This document shows positions 50,369 through 64,000 of a stretch of 64,000 nt of DNA, piece by piece. Under the pieces are notes generated by a model, which was given only the letters and a program-made list of their open reading frames with translations, made no database searches and was not told the origin of the DNA. Numbering within the stretch: position 1 is the first letter of the stretch; each line of letters opens with the position of its first letter. Both the position numbers and the translations under genes were made by a program. The DNA is from Eledone cirrhosa (lineage: Eukaryota): NCBI GenBank assembly GCA_964016885.1, contig OZ024756.1:27714001-27778000 (forward strand). The letters are read 5' to 3'.

Positions 50369-50924
50369 CTGGAAGTAGAAAGCAAACCCTATAATTAGAA
50401 CAAACTGGTTGAAATGTTCCATTTTGGTATGTTGGTGAAGTACTGACGAGTTTTTCCCATCCCAGAGTTCTCATCAGTGCTCATTTATCCTTTCTCCTCT
50501 GTTACGGGCTGTCTCAACTAAATATGTTGTGTTCTTATTCCTACACTGTCCCCCAGTACAGCTTATACTACAAATTAGACCCATAATGAAACATCATACA
50601 GACATTAGACCTATAACACCAAAACAACAACAACAACAACAATAATTGTTTCTACTTTAGGCACAAGGCCAGCAATTTTAAAGGGGTGGGGGTGGGGGAA
50701 GTCGATTAAATCGACCTCAATGCACTACTGGTACTTTTTTTTTTATCGAGCTCCGTATAGAGTACAAAGATTGTGAAATCCATAAGCCTATACATTTTGT
50801 TTCCCGCCTCTCTCCATTTCTATTTTTATCATTCTGTGCGTGACTATGGCTTTGAATTGGTTGATTTCGCCCCATTTGTCTATCATCTGTTCCTCAACAT
50901 GAAAAATACAACAACAAAAGAAAA

Positions 50925-51158
50925 CAACATTTGACTGAGAACTAGTATCGCAGTGCTGATGACGTCATATCTGCCGTTGATGACTTTTTTTTACCAACAA
51001 GACGAAAGCTTCTTCACCAATGGGATCCAAGCACTGCAACATCGATGGAAGAAGTGTGTGAAGCGCAAGGGGGACTATGTTGAAAAATAAACCTCATTTG
51101 GTCACATTCCATGAGAGTATCTTGGTCAGTCATTGAACTTTTCAGCCAACCTTCGTAT
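50925..51158 (+). mobile_element. Decayed mariner transposase 3' fragment with TIR
   Basis: Translates as ...DDVISAVDDFF/QDESFFTNGIQALQHRWKKCVKRKGDYVEK*, the mariner C-terminal pattern, followed by TIR GAACTTTTCAGCCAACCTTCG-TA. Confidence 0.8.
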
Positions 51159-52855
51159 ATGGCCTTTGTGTTATATATTGATTAGACATAATTCTGTGTT
51201 ATGAATTTCCCTTTGCGATTAAAAAATTCTGTGTTTGAGCCCACTGGGCACAGCTTGAGCACGAATATTCTTACCATAGCCTTGGATTGATTCCAGTCTT
51301 ATGAGTGAAAATATGTAGACAGAAAGTATGTGGAAGCCTGTCGGATAGACTTCAATTATACTTGGAGGGGTTAACTTAATCCGACACCCGGTTTTTCAGC
51401 GCCACCTAGCTGTCGAGTGTCTTTAACCTTCTGGACACAGTCATATCAGATCTTCGGTGTTGAGGTAATTCTATATACCGACATGCTGATTTCTACTGAA
51501 GTAACCTGTTAGGGCTTCTTCCTCGACTTTCTCTCCACCAGTTTCGGAGGTACTGTAAAAAAGGTCATCGAAGTGCCCTTTCTTTGGTGGCTAAACCATT
51601 AAAAAAAAATCTGACAATAATCGTTTACAATACTAGCTTCTAGCTAGTAATTATACCACTTTTCACCTACTTTCAATCTAGATTTCCTCCTACCAGCTCC
51701 GTCTCTCCTCCTCCCCTTCCTCAGTTTATCTTTTTTCCATACTCTGTTAAGTCTTCTTTATATCCATTTACTCCCATCTTGCTACAATGCCTCTTTAAAT
51801 GATTGACACTTTCGTCCACTTTACCACACATTCAACACTTATTATCTCTGTAGTTTCTGTCAATGTTTGTTTTAACAACGTTTGTTCAAATCACTTGTTC
51901 CTATGCAGTCATGATAAGGGTTTCTGTTTCTCTCTATAGTCCTACAACATATCTCTCAATCAAGCATATAATTCCTATTCTCCTATGTCCTCTGTTAACC
52001 TGACAATCTGCCCATGTAACACTTATTTTTTTCCATCCTGCTTTCAATCCTTTCTCTTCTTTTGTTTATAATCCTTTAGTCTATGTGTTTAACATTATCT
52101 TCTTGATTGTAGTTATAAAGTCTGATCATTTTGACTAACACATTTCTTTACTCTTATAATTGCCAAGTGCACTGGGACAATCTACTGTCTATCTATTCAT
52201 TAAGTAATTCTCTACCTCAGACTGTTCTTGAGCCAGTAACACACAAGGGATTCTCCACGCAGTCGTTCTACATGCCAGAAATTGCAGCCATATTTCACTC
52301 AAATCACACCCGACTATCATAAAAAAACAACAACCCAACAATAAACGGAGGCACAAATTAGATAATAGGGTCATATATCCGCTATATCTAGTCATGACTG
52401 GAGGGTTCCCTTTGATCATTGGTCTTCTGCATCAAGACTGGATGTAGGTTTATTGTTGAGTTTAATATTTGTTGGTAAAAGCTATAATTATAAGCTTCTT
52501 CTTCTTCTTCTTCTTCTTCTTCTTCTTCTTCTTCTTGTCTTCTTTTTCTTTTACTTCTTCTTCTTCTTTTTCGTCTTCTTTTTCTTTTTATCCCCCCCCC
52601 CCCCTTAATTCCTTCCTTCCCTCCCTCCTTCCTTCTCCCCATTTCTTCTTCTTTTGCTTGTCTTTGTCAAACAACTGCTGCAAGGACTCTTGGTTAGCTA
52701 CAACCGTACGTGTGGTATTTAGGTTTCGTTACATCAACTGTTAGTAATCCTTAGTCATATCCTTTGAGGCAAGGACTTCTGAGAAATAATTATGTCAGCT
52801 TCAACAACACGCAATCTCCGATCAACTCACTTCACAAACAAATAAACATTCTGAA

Positions 52856-52902
<47 letters not shown>

Positions 52903-54854
52903 TATATATATACATATATAAACACACACAAGCACGCAAAAACATACACAAACTCACACACACACACATAAAACACAGATACACATAAACAAACACATAA
53001 ACACACACATACACACAAACACACATACACAAGCATTTGTACACACACAAACATATATACGCACAGAAACACACAAGCATGCACGCACACAAACATGCAT
53101 ACACATACGCACACATACAAACACATACACAAACGCACACATATTTATACACACACATCCATACAAACACACACACATGTACACACAAACACATACACAC
53201 ATTCACACACAGACAGACATACACCTCCAAGCAACCTCTTAGATAGATTTGACGAAACGCATGTCACCATTTACGTTACTCAACATATACTATTGTATTT
53301 TCATGGTAGAGGCTTTATCTTACATAATTATCTTACATGGCCAGCCGCAGTTGTGGGCCTCGCGAGATGGAATGGCAATGGCTCCGCCAGGGAAACACGT
53401 CCATTTTTTCCGCCGGGGCTGTGGGGAGGCCAGCACGTGGAACCCCATTTGCTCACCATACGAATTAAGACATATAACCTCTCTTTTTTTTTTATTTACT
53501 CTTTTACGATCTCATTTTCCGGATAGACAATATATGTGTAGATTTATAAAAAGATTTAATTGATATTACACAAAACAGGTGTGTAGTAGCCAATGCGTTA
53601 ATAAAAAGATTTCAAATCTATGAGATTTTGAGAACAATACCTTAACATCAGTATAAGCGGCCAGCTACAACCAGTTTGAACAGAAAGAGGTGAGAGAATT
53701 CTGGCCGGATATGGCCGGTTTAAACCTTTAGCATTTACATTACTCTATATATACTATTGTATTTTTGTGGTAAAGGCTTTACCTCACATCATATCGAATC
53801 TATGAGATTTTGATATTATTTATTTTGAGAACAATACCCTAACATCAGTATGAGTGACCAGTTACAGCCAGTTTGAACAGAAAGAGGTGAGAGAATTCTG
53901 GCCGGATATGGCTGGTTTAAATGCTAAAGGGTTAAGAGCGGAACGGGTTGCGTCGCTTTAGGAAATACAGAACTTCTAATGAACAGAACGCTGATATTTT
54001 AAAATTGAAATGTAGACATGGAGAATCCTTGACTAAAGTATTGCTTTAGAGTAATTTTTATGGAATTACCATTTGGCAGTATCGGTAGAGAGTCGGGCGC
54101 CATGCTTTGCAGCATAGAGTTACGTCCATTTGCGGTCTGAGTTCAAGCCCTGCCGAGGTTAACTTTGCCTTTCATCCTTACGGGGTCGATAAAATAAAGT
54201 ACCAGTAATGCACTGGGATAATTTCTGGCCTTGTGCCAAAAAGTAAAAACAATTATTTCTTTAGCTCTGCCACTGGAAACGAACAAATTGACGGGCTAAT
54301 AATAACTTAGAACCCAAAGGGCCATAACTCTATGCTGCAAAGCATGGCGTTTGACGCTCTACCGGTAGTGCTAACCCACCGCCCTAATTGACGTGCTAAT
54401 AATGGCGGAAACGCTACACAACATACAAAATCACATACCATGTAAGATGTTACGATAAGAAATTGTTTCTAATTTTGGCACAAGGCCAGCAATTATCTCA
54501 GTGCATTACTGGTACTTTATTTTATCGACGCCGTAAGGATGAAAGGCAAAGCTGACCTCGGTTGTATTTGAATTCAGAACGTAAAGGCCCATAACTCTAT
54601 GCTGCAAAGCATGGCGTCCGACCCTCTACCGATACTGCCAATATATACAATTGTTTCTACTTATGGTACAAAGCCAGCAATAACCCCAGTGCATTACTGG
54701 TACTTTACTTCGACCCCGTAAGGATGAAAGGCAAAGTTAACCTCGGCAGGATTTGAACTTAGAACCCAAAGGGCCGTAACTCTATGTGGCAAAGCATGGT
54801 GTCTGACGCTCTACCGACACTGCGAATCCTTACTGATATTGAAGTTTTACTTAC

Positions 54855-54998
54855 TTTTTGATGCTACCATGGATACCATGATTGACGTAGATGTAGATGA
54901 GCTTTGTACCAATACTGTGAATAAAACACCAATCATTAATCCAGCTACTGGATTTGACACAAGTTCACTTTGACTGATCGCTTTGCCTGCTCCTTTCC
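54855..54998 (-). CDS. SLC34A2: NaPi-II exon
   Basis: [48 protein letters not shown] contains the first QSSS motif; GACAG acceptor, GTAAGT donor. Confidence 0.95.
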
Positions 54999-55189
54999 CT
55001 GTCAAAACAAAATGGTGTAGAAAAGAAAAAGAAAAAATGACACAACGATTATTATCAACTTCCTAGAAACAGCAACTAAATCTTTCTCTATGTTTTCTCC
55101 ATAAAAGAAAGGGAGAACATTGATTTAGTCTCAGATAAATGTGTAAGAATCTTTATTTAGTTGAAGATCAGTGGATATTCATCATCATC

Positions 55190-55430
55190 CAGCGGCCTCA
55201 GCCTAAAGGGACTCAATAATAGATCTCCACGTGGGTCTGTCGTCCTGGACTTCAATACCAGAATCTCTAGAGTTGACATCGGGATAGGAGAGCTTGCGCT
55301 CCCTGTTATTAGTTACTGCTTGTGGTTTCCAAAGCTCTAATGGGGACATAGCCTCATAGGTGGCACGATGGCAGTAGCCAGCAAATCTTACTCTCCTTTT
55401 AGGTACAACGACAGATATGCTTGGCAATTG
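55190..55430 (-). mobile_element. Decayed RTE-like LINE 3' fragment
   Basis: LPSIS...RRVRFAGYCHRA...LWKP...LSYPD...DDRPTWR. Confidence 0.6.
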
Positions 55431-56022
55431 GCAATACACATTCTAGCAATTGGCAATACACATACTAGCAATTGGCAATACACATACTAGCAATTGGCAA
55501 TACACCTACTAGCAATTGGCAAATAGTGATATGCGTGGAAAAAGTTATGACTTGACAAAAAAATTTACTATGAAGGTTAACATAATATATTCTCAAATAT
55601 CAACCAAGATATGAAAAAACTTTGATATGCGATAAACATAACATGTACATAAATTGTAGCGTATATACAAGTAGATGTGTGTTTTGGTAGTTTGGGGAGA
55701 AAAATATAATTATTACGGGGGAGGGAGTGATATGTAAACATTCTACAAATGAGGACTGCAGCGTCTTCACAGACGATTGCCGTCTCTTATTCATTCTTCG
55801 TTATAATCCCATCTGCGTCCATGACTTCGTAGATGACTTTGTAGACCAGCATTAGATCTGCATGATTTACGACACAGGTGACAGAAGAGAGTTGGGCTTC
55901 CACAGGACCGGTAGGGTTACCCTGTGACACACAATTTTTATGTACCACCATGTGCTTTTTTAGTTCGGAACTAGTTCTACTCACTTTGTTGCATATCACG
56001 CACGTTGTTTCGCCAGGTCGTT

Positions 56023-56067
<45 letters not shown>

Positions 56068-56088
56068 ACACACACGCACACACACACA

Positions 56089-56199
<111 letters not shown>

Positions 56200-56900
56200 T
56201 GTAAACTCTGCTAAGAGTATTGCAATCGCTTGTCAGATTATAGAGTTTGGTGCACTTTTAGGCTACGAGCAGCCACACGAACCTGTAACACACCCTGAAC
56301 AAGCAATGCCTGTGCTTTGAAAGTTTTTTAAGTGGGGAAAGGCCTTGCACTTGACCAATCCCACTCTCTGACCATCGAAAACACTACCCGAAAAGGAGAA
56401 CTGGTTAACATCATCGGATGCTTCAGAAGAAGCACTTTTTTTTTTCAGTTTCCCTTTCCTAGAAAGGTGTTGTGACAACAACTGGAGGCCTTTCACTCCC
56501 AAGTGAAAATAAAACATACATACATACATACATACGCACATACGTACATACATACATACATGCATACATACATACATACATACATACATACATACATACA
56601 TACATACATACATACGCACATACGTACATACATACATACATATGTCCCTGGTGCCAAGTTTTATCGGCCATTGCCTTTATCTTGGCAAACATCGGTGGCG
56701 TGGAGAGGGGCGGAGGAGGGGGGAGGGACTGGCATGCATGGGCAACTGCTAGTCTTCCACAAACACAAACACACATTGCCTAAGCTTGTGCCTCGGAAGG
56801 GAACAATCTATATGCATGGTCATTGTAATGGTCATTCGTAACCGAAATGAGGCCTACGATACTTTGAAGCACTCTCCAGATTTACATACGCTGAACATAC

Positions 56901-57029
56901 CTCCAATTAATCGGAAAGCAGAACTGAGGAAATCCAGAGAGCAAACGAATAGATAGAAGAAGCCAGCAAGAAGAATGATTTTGCCAATGGCAAAGAAGAC
57001 TCGTAAAAATCTCTGCTTTGGGGTGAGTT
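56901..57029 (-). CDS. SLC34A2: NaPi-II exon
   Basis: ELTPKQRFLRVFFAIGKIILLAGFFYLFVCSLDFLSSAFRLIGG (TM1); TTGCAG acceptor, GTATGT donor. Confidence 0.94.
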
Positions 57030-57077
57030 CTGCAAATAGAGAAAACGATAGAATAAAAATTATGTATGTATGTATGT

Positions 57078-57545
57078 ATGTTCTTCTGGTTTTATAATTT
57101 CACAAAGTTTTACCAATAGAGAGAAAGAGTCAGTCTGTAACATAGACACGAGACTCTCTCATTGGAATTTACACAACATCAACTAGGTAGGTATGTATGT
57201 ATGTCTGCATGTGTAGATATGGATGTTATTGTATGTGTGGATGTGTATGTTTTGAGTTGTATGTGTGCATGTGTATATGCTTTGTATCTGTACATGTGTA
57301 TATGCAGTTATTAGATGCAACATTTTTGGAATGTTTTACATATTTTTACTGTTCCATTAATGGATTGTACTTGTAATTTCCTAACTAGTTGTGATCTTTC
57401 TGTTTCTGTGAAGCCCAGCTTCTCAAGATTTGTATTGAGGCAGTTACTAACATACCCTAGTGCCCCAATAATCACAGGCATAAATCTGAAGATGTAATTA
57501 GAATGGAGTATCTGCAGATTTCTCATCAGTTCTGCATAAATATTA
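57078..57545 (-). mobile_element. R4/Dong-like RLE retrotransposon 3' fragment
   Basis: YAELMRNLQILHSNYIFRFMPVIIGALGYV...LEKLGF...KLQVQSINGTVKICKTF matches the P-x-I-I-G-A-L-G RLE tail. Shorter copies lie at 49648-49978 and ~10188-10280. Confidence 0.65.
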
Positions 57546-57628
57546 GGTTAACGTTTGATATAGCAGAAAGGACGCTAGTTCTTCATCAGAAGAAAGAATG
57601 AGAAATAAGATAGATTGAGGGGACGGGC

Positions 57629-57748
<120 letters not shown>

Positions 57749-57791
57749 TATATATATATACTATAGGAAAATCCTTTGTCCAAATGAGTTT

Positions 57792-57871
57792 GTTTCCTGA
57801 CGAGTTCGAAGCTCGAGATGTTATCCTTAATAGGATATTTCCGAAAGCGAACGAAACCCTAGGCTAGGAAC
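57792..57871 (+). ncRNA. Hammerhead ribozyme-like motif (type I)
   Basis: Stem I GUUUC/GGAAC; CUGACGA; stem II GUUCG/CGAAC with a long hairpin extension; GAAAC-CCUAGG-CUA (palindromic stem III, one mismatch). Confidence 0.65.
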
Positions 57872-58284
57872 GTGATCCTGGTATGTGTATATGCATTTTT
57901 TTCTTCTAACTTTAATGTTATACCTAATTGTGTATGGTTGACGGTATATTTAATCGATTTCCACGTGCTGTTGAAATGTTGGGTAAATATTCTATGGCGA
58001 TCTGTCGCGAAGAGATTGCTGTCGTTTATTTATCTACTATTTCTTCATAGGTGCCTTTTAATCTTATAGCCTGGTCTAATTGATTTTTTGTGTGGTTAAT
58101 TATTCTAATTGGGAGTGGAAATGGTGTATATATATTATCAAATGATTCTATGGACATACTTTATAGTATATTGCTCTGATTATTTAATTTATTAATTCTT
58201 CATTGAGCCACATCGTGAATGGTTGCCAAAACATATATATCTGTGACTTTGTCTAGTTTATGTATATGTAAATCTTTATATATG

Positions 58285-58359
<75 letters not shown>

Positions 58360-58380
58360 AGAACGCGAGGGAGGGAGGAA

Positions 58381-58413
<33 letters not shown>

Positions 58414-58534
58414 GAAGTGAGAGAGGGAGGAATAGAGAAAGGAAGTGTGAGGGAAGGAAAGGAGTGAGGGAGAGAGGGAGGGAGGAAAGAAGGAAGGAAG
58501 GAAGGAAGGAAAGACATCTTAACTTCTTCCTCAC

Positions 58535-58721
58535 CTGACCATTTTGGTGAATCATCAACTAAGTCCGGTGTATTCCAATGATCTTCTTCTTCACTTGTAT
58601 CATCCACAGAGTTTAGCTGATCTTTCTTGTTTCCTATTTGACCTCCGGGTTGATAGTTGTCTTCTCCCAATGGATGTCGATGGCTTGTGTTATTGGACTC
58701 TTGTAATACCTTGAAATGTCC
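58535..58721 (-). CDS. SLC34A2: NaPi-II N-terminal cytoplasmic exon
   Basis: TTCTAG acceptor; GHFKVLQESNN...EEEDHWNTPDLVDDSPKWS(E), matching the D-x-W...KWSE pattern of SLC34; GTGAGG donor. It has no ATG, so the start lies in an upstream phase-0 exon. Confidence 0.85.
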
Positions 58722-59989
58722 CTAGAATGAAATAAATGCAAAGAGAAAACAACATTTATGTAACTGAATTTTTCTATGTTTTACCTGTCGGAGATTCGAA
58801 ATCGAATCTAAAATTTCTCGCCTCTAAAACCATCTACTGTTAGGTATTCTTACCATTGTCCTGTCAAAAGATAACTATGATAAACGTTATATACCACTTG
58901 ACCTGTGACCCCAGACATTTGACAGACGATAGGCAGATGAATTTTATTATTACAAAATAAACGTTGACAACATCACAGTTCTTCATAATTCTTTTTATCA
59001 TTCATCCTGCAAAGAATACATCTTAACAGTTACATGGACGTGGCACTATTTGCTACATAATGGTGACCCTTATCACTACATGTATATAAATAGATTAAAT
59101 AGCTGGGCATAAAGATATATTAATTGTTTCTACTTTTGGCACAAGGCCAGCAATTACCCAGTGTATTACTGGTACTTTATTTTATCGACCCCATAAGGAT
59201 GAAAGGCAAAGTTAACCTATATATAGATATATTAATAAAAGGATACTGGCCTCAATTCTTTTCTGTCACATTATATAATGGTTTCTCATATAGGCACAAG
59301 GCCAAACATTTTGGAGGAGGAGAAAGTCGGTTAAATCGAGCCCAGTGCGTGACTGGTATTTTATTTTATCGATCCCGTAAGAATGAAAGGTAAAGCTAAC
59401 CTCGGCGGGATTTGAACTCAGACCGTAAAGGGACGTAACTATGCTAGGAAGCATGGCGTCCGACCCTCTACCGATACTGGCTTAGACTGTTTTTATCATA
59501 AATAAATTAGAAATGATCCAAAAAAGTACCAGTAATGAACTAGGATAAATGCTGGCCTTGTGCAAAAAAAGTAGAAACGATTATTTAATCTATCCCAGAC
59601 CTGTCAACTTTCCCCGTCCGACGGAGAGATCTCTCACCCACCTCAAAGATACCCGAGAGTATCTAACAGATACACATGCAGACCTGTCAACTCTCCCTGT
59701 CCGACAGAGAGATCTCTCACCCACCTCAAAGTTACCCGAGAGTATCTAACAGATACACATGCAGACCTGTCAACTCTCCCCGTCCGACGGGGTGATTTGC
59801 AATAGCCTTTGGGGTGGATGAAAGATGTCTTCTCTTGTGAAAATGGGTATAGCTTTCATTATGTAAAATCTCCCCATTTTGCCTCATTTCTTCCCGTTTT
59901 GGGGCCCTTTTTTCATGGTACTCCCCGTTTTGATATTTATGCTGAAGTTTAATATAACGTTTAATAAGTAGACTATACTCATATTTATG

Positions 59990-60463
59990 TACGAGAGAGT
60001 GTTGAGAAGTTCCTGGCTTTGGTTAAAAGAAAATACAGGAGAATCAATTAAAAGATAATACAGGAGGATCAGTTAAAAGAAAATACAGGAGGATCAGTTA
60101 AAAGAAAATACAGGAGGATCAGTTAAAAGAAAATACAGGAGGATCAGTTAAAAGAAAATACAGGAGGATCAGTTAAAAGAAAATACAGGAGGATCAGTTA
60201 AAAGAAAATACAGGAGGATCAGTTAAAAGAAAATACAGGAGGATCAGTTAAAAGAAAATACAGGAGAATCAATTAAAAGATAATACAGGAAGATCAGTTT
60301 AAAGATAATACAGGAGGATCAGTTAATTATGATTTTATTCAACATATTCCCCTCTCAGATTCACACACTTATTGCAGCTGTCCTACCTCCCCTGTAAAGG
60401 TAACAGTTCTTCCTTTTCATGATAACCTTAAAACCAGGAACTTTTCAGCAGCACCTCCTCGTA
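59990..60463. mobile_element. Mariner-like MITE containing a 25-bp minisatellite (~12 x AAAAGAAAATACAGGAGGATCAGTT)
   Basis: Imperfect TIRs TA-CGAGAGAGTGTTGAGAAGTTCCTGG / CCAGGAACTTTTCAGC...CTCG-TA; tandem array at ~60025-60324. Confidence 0.65.
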
Positions 60464-61561
60464 TATATAGATATTTTAAGGTTAAAATTGCCGAAAGTAC
60501 TGATTAAGTAAGTACTTTCTAAATTTGTTAGTTAGGGCATCTAAGATGGAGAAGCTGTTTTGATCTCAGATCTCCGCATTTCCAAAAGTAAGCTGAGCAG
60601 ATAGATAATATGTAAACAAAGACAGGGATACGTTCATAGACAGATAATGAAGTGTAGAGGTAGCTGTGTAAGTGAGGTAACTAGGCCAACAATTACTCCA
60701 GTGCATTACTGGTACTTTATTTCATCGACCCCGTAAGGATAAAAGGCAAAGTTAACCTTGGCGGGATTTGAACTCAGAACATAAAGGGCCGTAATTCTAT
60801 GTTGAAAAGCATGGCGTCGAGCCCCTTCATAAAAAAATATAATAATGGTTTTTTATATTGGCACAATACCAGCAATTTTTGAGGAAGGGAAAGTCGATTA
60901 TTTTGACCCAGTGCATTACTGGTACTTTATTTCATCGACTCCGTAAAGATGAAAGGCAAAGTTAACCTCGGCGGGATTTGAACTCAGAACATAAAGGGCC
61001 GTAACTCTAAGCTGAAAAGCATGGAGTCCGACCCCCCCCCCCCCCCCCCCACCCCCCCATAAAAAAAAAAAAAGATAATAAAAACAAATTTGCAAACGAA
61101 AACAAAAGCCGACTCCTTGAAAATGCGGGGCGGGGCGTGTTTAGACATGTAACAGTTTTTGACTGTTGAATGGACCATGGATATTCAACAATAACGTCAA
61201 AAACTAAACAAAATCAACAAAAGCAATACAGACCCCCCCCCCCCCCCCCCACACACACACACAAGAGTAAATTTAAAGTTTTGACCTTTAAAGGTCATTC
61301 TTCTAAACTTCATCTTGACAGGGCATAATTCCAGTCAAAGAACAGAATATTTTCATTTCATTAGTATCTCAAATACAAATACAGCCACTTGTTGCTAAAA
61401 CATTGCAGAGTTGATGTTTGTTTTGGCGAGTATGTTCTTTCTTTTATATGGGGACTTTGATGACTTTTGTGAAGTTTTTTTCATTTTTGTTTTTTTTCTT
61501 TTCTTAAAAAATAAGTTGGCTGAAAGTCGGTAATGTAAGACGACTAGGTCATGTGTGTGTG

Positions 61562-61612
<51 letters not shown>

Positions 61613-61618
61613 ATATAA

Positions 61619-61652
<34 letters not shown>

Positions 61653-61686
61653 GTATATATGTATATGTATATATATATATATACAT

Positions 61687-61776
<90 letters not shown>

Positions 61777-61803
61777 GTGTGTGTGTATAAGTTATGTATA
61801 TAC

Positions 61804-61841
<38 letters not shown>

Positions 61842-62197
61842 GAAAGTATAGAAATTATTGTGAGCATGAAGCCAACAGTATTTCATTATATATATATATA
61901 TATTATACACATACGTATATATATATATATATATATACACGTACATACATACACATATATATACATATATAATACACATAATATATATGTAATATATATA
62001 TATAAATATATGTACACACACACATATATATATAAATACATACATGCATATATATATATATATATATATACACATACATACGTATATATATACACACACA
62101 CACATATTTATATATATACACACACATATACATACATACACACACATACATATATATATACACATACATATATATATATACACATACGTATATATAT

Positions 62198-62228
<31 letters not shown>

Positions 62229-62459
62229 CACACATACATACATACACACACACATACATATATATACACATACATATATATATACACATACGTATATATA
62301 TACACACACACACATATATACATATTTATATATATACACACACATATACATACATACACACACACATATATATATATATACACATACACATATATATATA
62401 CACATACATATATACATACACACACACACACATATATATATACACATACATATATACAT

Positions 62460-62560
<101 letters not shown>

Positions 62561-62653
62561 TACATACACACATATATATATATACACATATATATATATA
62601 CACATACATATATATATATACACACACACATATATATATAACAAAACATTCAC

Positions 62654-62656
62654 CAT
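62654..62656 (-). CDS. SLC34A2: Candidate NaPi-II start exon (ATG only)
   Basis: The minus strand reads ...AATGCTATG|GTGAAT in a short non-repetitive island. Phase 0 fits the 58721 acceptor (MGHFKV...). The true start could instead lie beyond the window. Confidence 0.3.
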
Positions 62657-62876
62657 AGCATTATTGTATGTCACCGTCTGCACCTGATCAACTGAACGTC
62701 AACGCATATCAGCGATAAAGCAAAACTAATGCGAGTTAAGCGACAAACTATAGTGTGCAACAAACCTTCAGCTCTTGAGAAAGGTCAACTATTTCACACT
62801 AATATGCACCTTTGATGTATTGTGCAATATTTACTCTCGTCTATGACATATTTGTAAACCAGATATGATGCATATG

Positions 62877-63535
62877 CAGACCTGACAACCTCTAAAAACC
62901 CAAAACGGGGAGGACCATGAAAAAAAGTGAACCAAAATGGGGAGTACCATAAAAAAAGTGCCCCAAAATGGGGAGTACCATGAAAAAAAAGTGCCCCAGA
63001 ACGGGTTGTACCATGTAAAGTGCCCCCAAACGGGGAGGACCATGAAAAAGTGCCGCCAAATGGGGAGTACCATGAAAAAAAAGTGCCCCAAAACGGGTTG
63101 TACCATGTAAAGTGCCCCCAAACGGGGAGGACCATGAAAAAGTGCCGCCAAATGGGGAGTACCATAAAAAAAAGTGCCCCAAAATGGGGAGTACCATGAA
63201 AAAAAAGTGCCCCAAAACGGGTTGTACCATGTAAAGTGCCCCCAAACGGGGAGGACCATGAAAAAGTGCCGCCAAATGGGGAGTACCATAAAAAAAGTGC
63301 CCCAAAATGGGGAGTACCATGAAAAAAAAGTGCCCCAAAACGGGTAGAAATGAGGCAAAATGGGGAGATTTTACATAATTGTTTCTATTTTAGGCACAAG
63401 GCCAGCAATAATCCAGTGCATTACTGGTACTTTATCTTACATAATGAAAGCTAAACCCATTTTCAGAAGAGAAGACATCCCTCATCCACCCCAAAAGCAA
63501 ATCACCCCGTCGGACGGGAAGAGTTGGCAGGTCTG
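62877..63535. repeat. Higher-order ~30-bp-subunit array bounded by short inverted termini (MITE-like)
   Basis: CAGACCTGACAAC ... GTTGGCAGGTCTG termini; units of the form CCCCAAAATGGGGAGTACCATGAAAAAAAAGTG. Confidence 0.7.
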
Positions 63536-63906
63536 CATGTGTATCAGTTAGATACTCTCGGGTGCCAAATGATAATGGGGAGGGGGAGGGGGAATAAGTG
63601 GGGGTAGTTGGAATATGCAAGTGGGGTAGCAAGGGGGGTGGAATTAGTGAGGAGGTGGTTGGAATAATTGAGGAGGTGGTTGGAATAAACGGAGGCGGGT
63701 GGTAGAATTGGAATAAGCAGGGAAGGGGAGTTGAAACACACACACACACACACACAAGCATATACAAATCTGCACAGAGAGAGAGAGAGAGAGAGTGTGT
63801 GCGTGCGTATGTGTGTGAGAGAGAGTGTGTGTATGCGAATGTGTGTGAGAGAGAGTGTGTGTCTGATAGAGAGAGAGAGTGTGTGACAAAGAGAGAGAGA
63901 GAGTGT

Positions 63907-63937
<31 letters not shown>

Positions 63938-64000
63938 TGTGTGCGTATGTGTGAGTGGTAGATAGAGAGAGAGAGAGAGTGTGTATGTGTGTGAGAGAGA

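Noticed and set aside
50953-51017. CTGATGA...GACGAAAGCTT hammerhead-like match
   Set aside because: It lies within mariner transposase coding sequence and stem I does not pair, so it is probably chance.

Overview
Repeat-dense, AT-rich metazoan genomic DNA. The (TA/CA)n deserts and tRNA-derived SINE families suggest a coleoid cephalopod such as Octopus (inference). I could assemble four genes exon by exon with GT-AG splice sites and consistent phases. PCBD, pterin-4a-carbinolamine dehydratase: + strand, 4 exons, 1808-7396, 108 aa. MTERF4-like: + strand, single coding exon, 13970-15076. NIT2, omega-amidase: + strand, 9 exons, 17381-34466, 278 aa. SLC34/NaPi-II phosphate cotransporter: - strand, at least 7 exons, 58721-41528, start exon uncertain. 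Introns and intergenic DNA hold SINEs, RTE, R4-like and CRE-like LINE fragments, a young Penelope-like GIY-YIG fragment, mariner/piggyBac/Merlin-like MITEs, a Helitron-like element, foldbacks and minisatellites. Most long ORF-track entries are microsatellite artefacts. The most notable hidden layer is about a dozen type I hammerhead-ribozyme motifs from several unrelated repeat families. One sits in a 596-nt-period, 1.4-copy retrozyme-like element and has a compensatory U3-A8 core. Structures were read by eye and no database searches were run.
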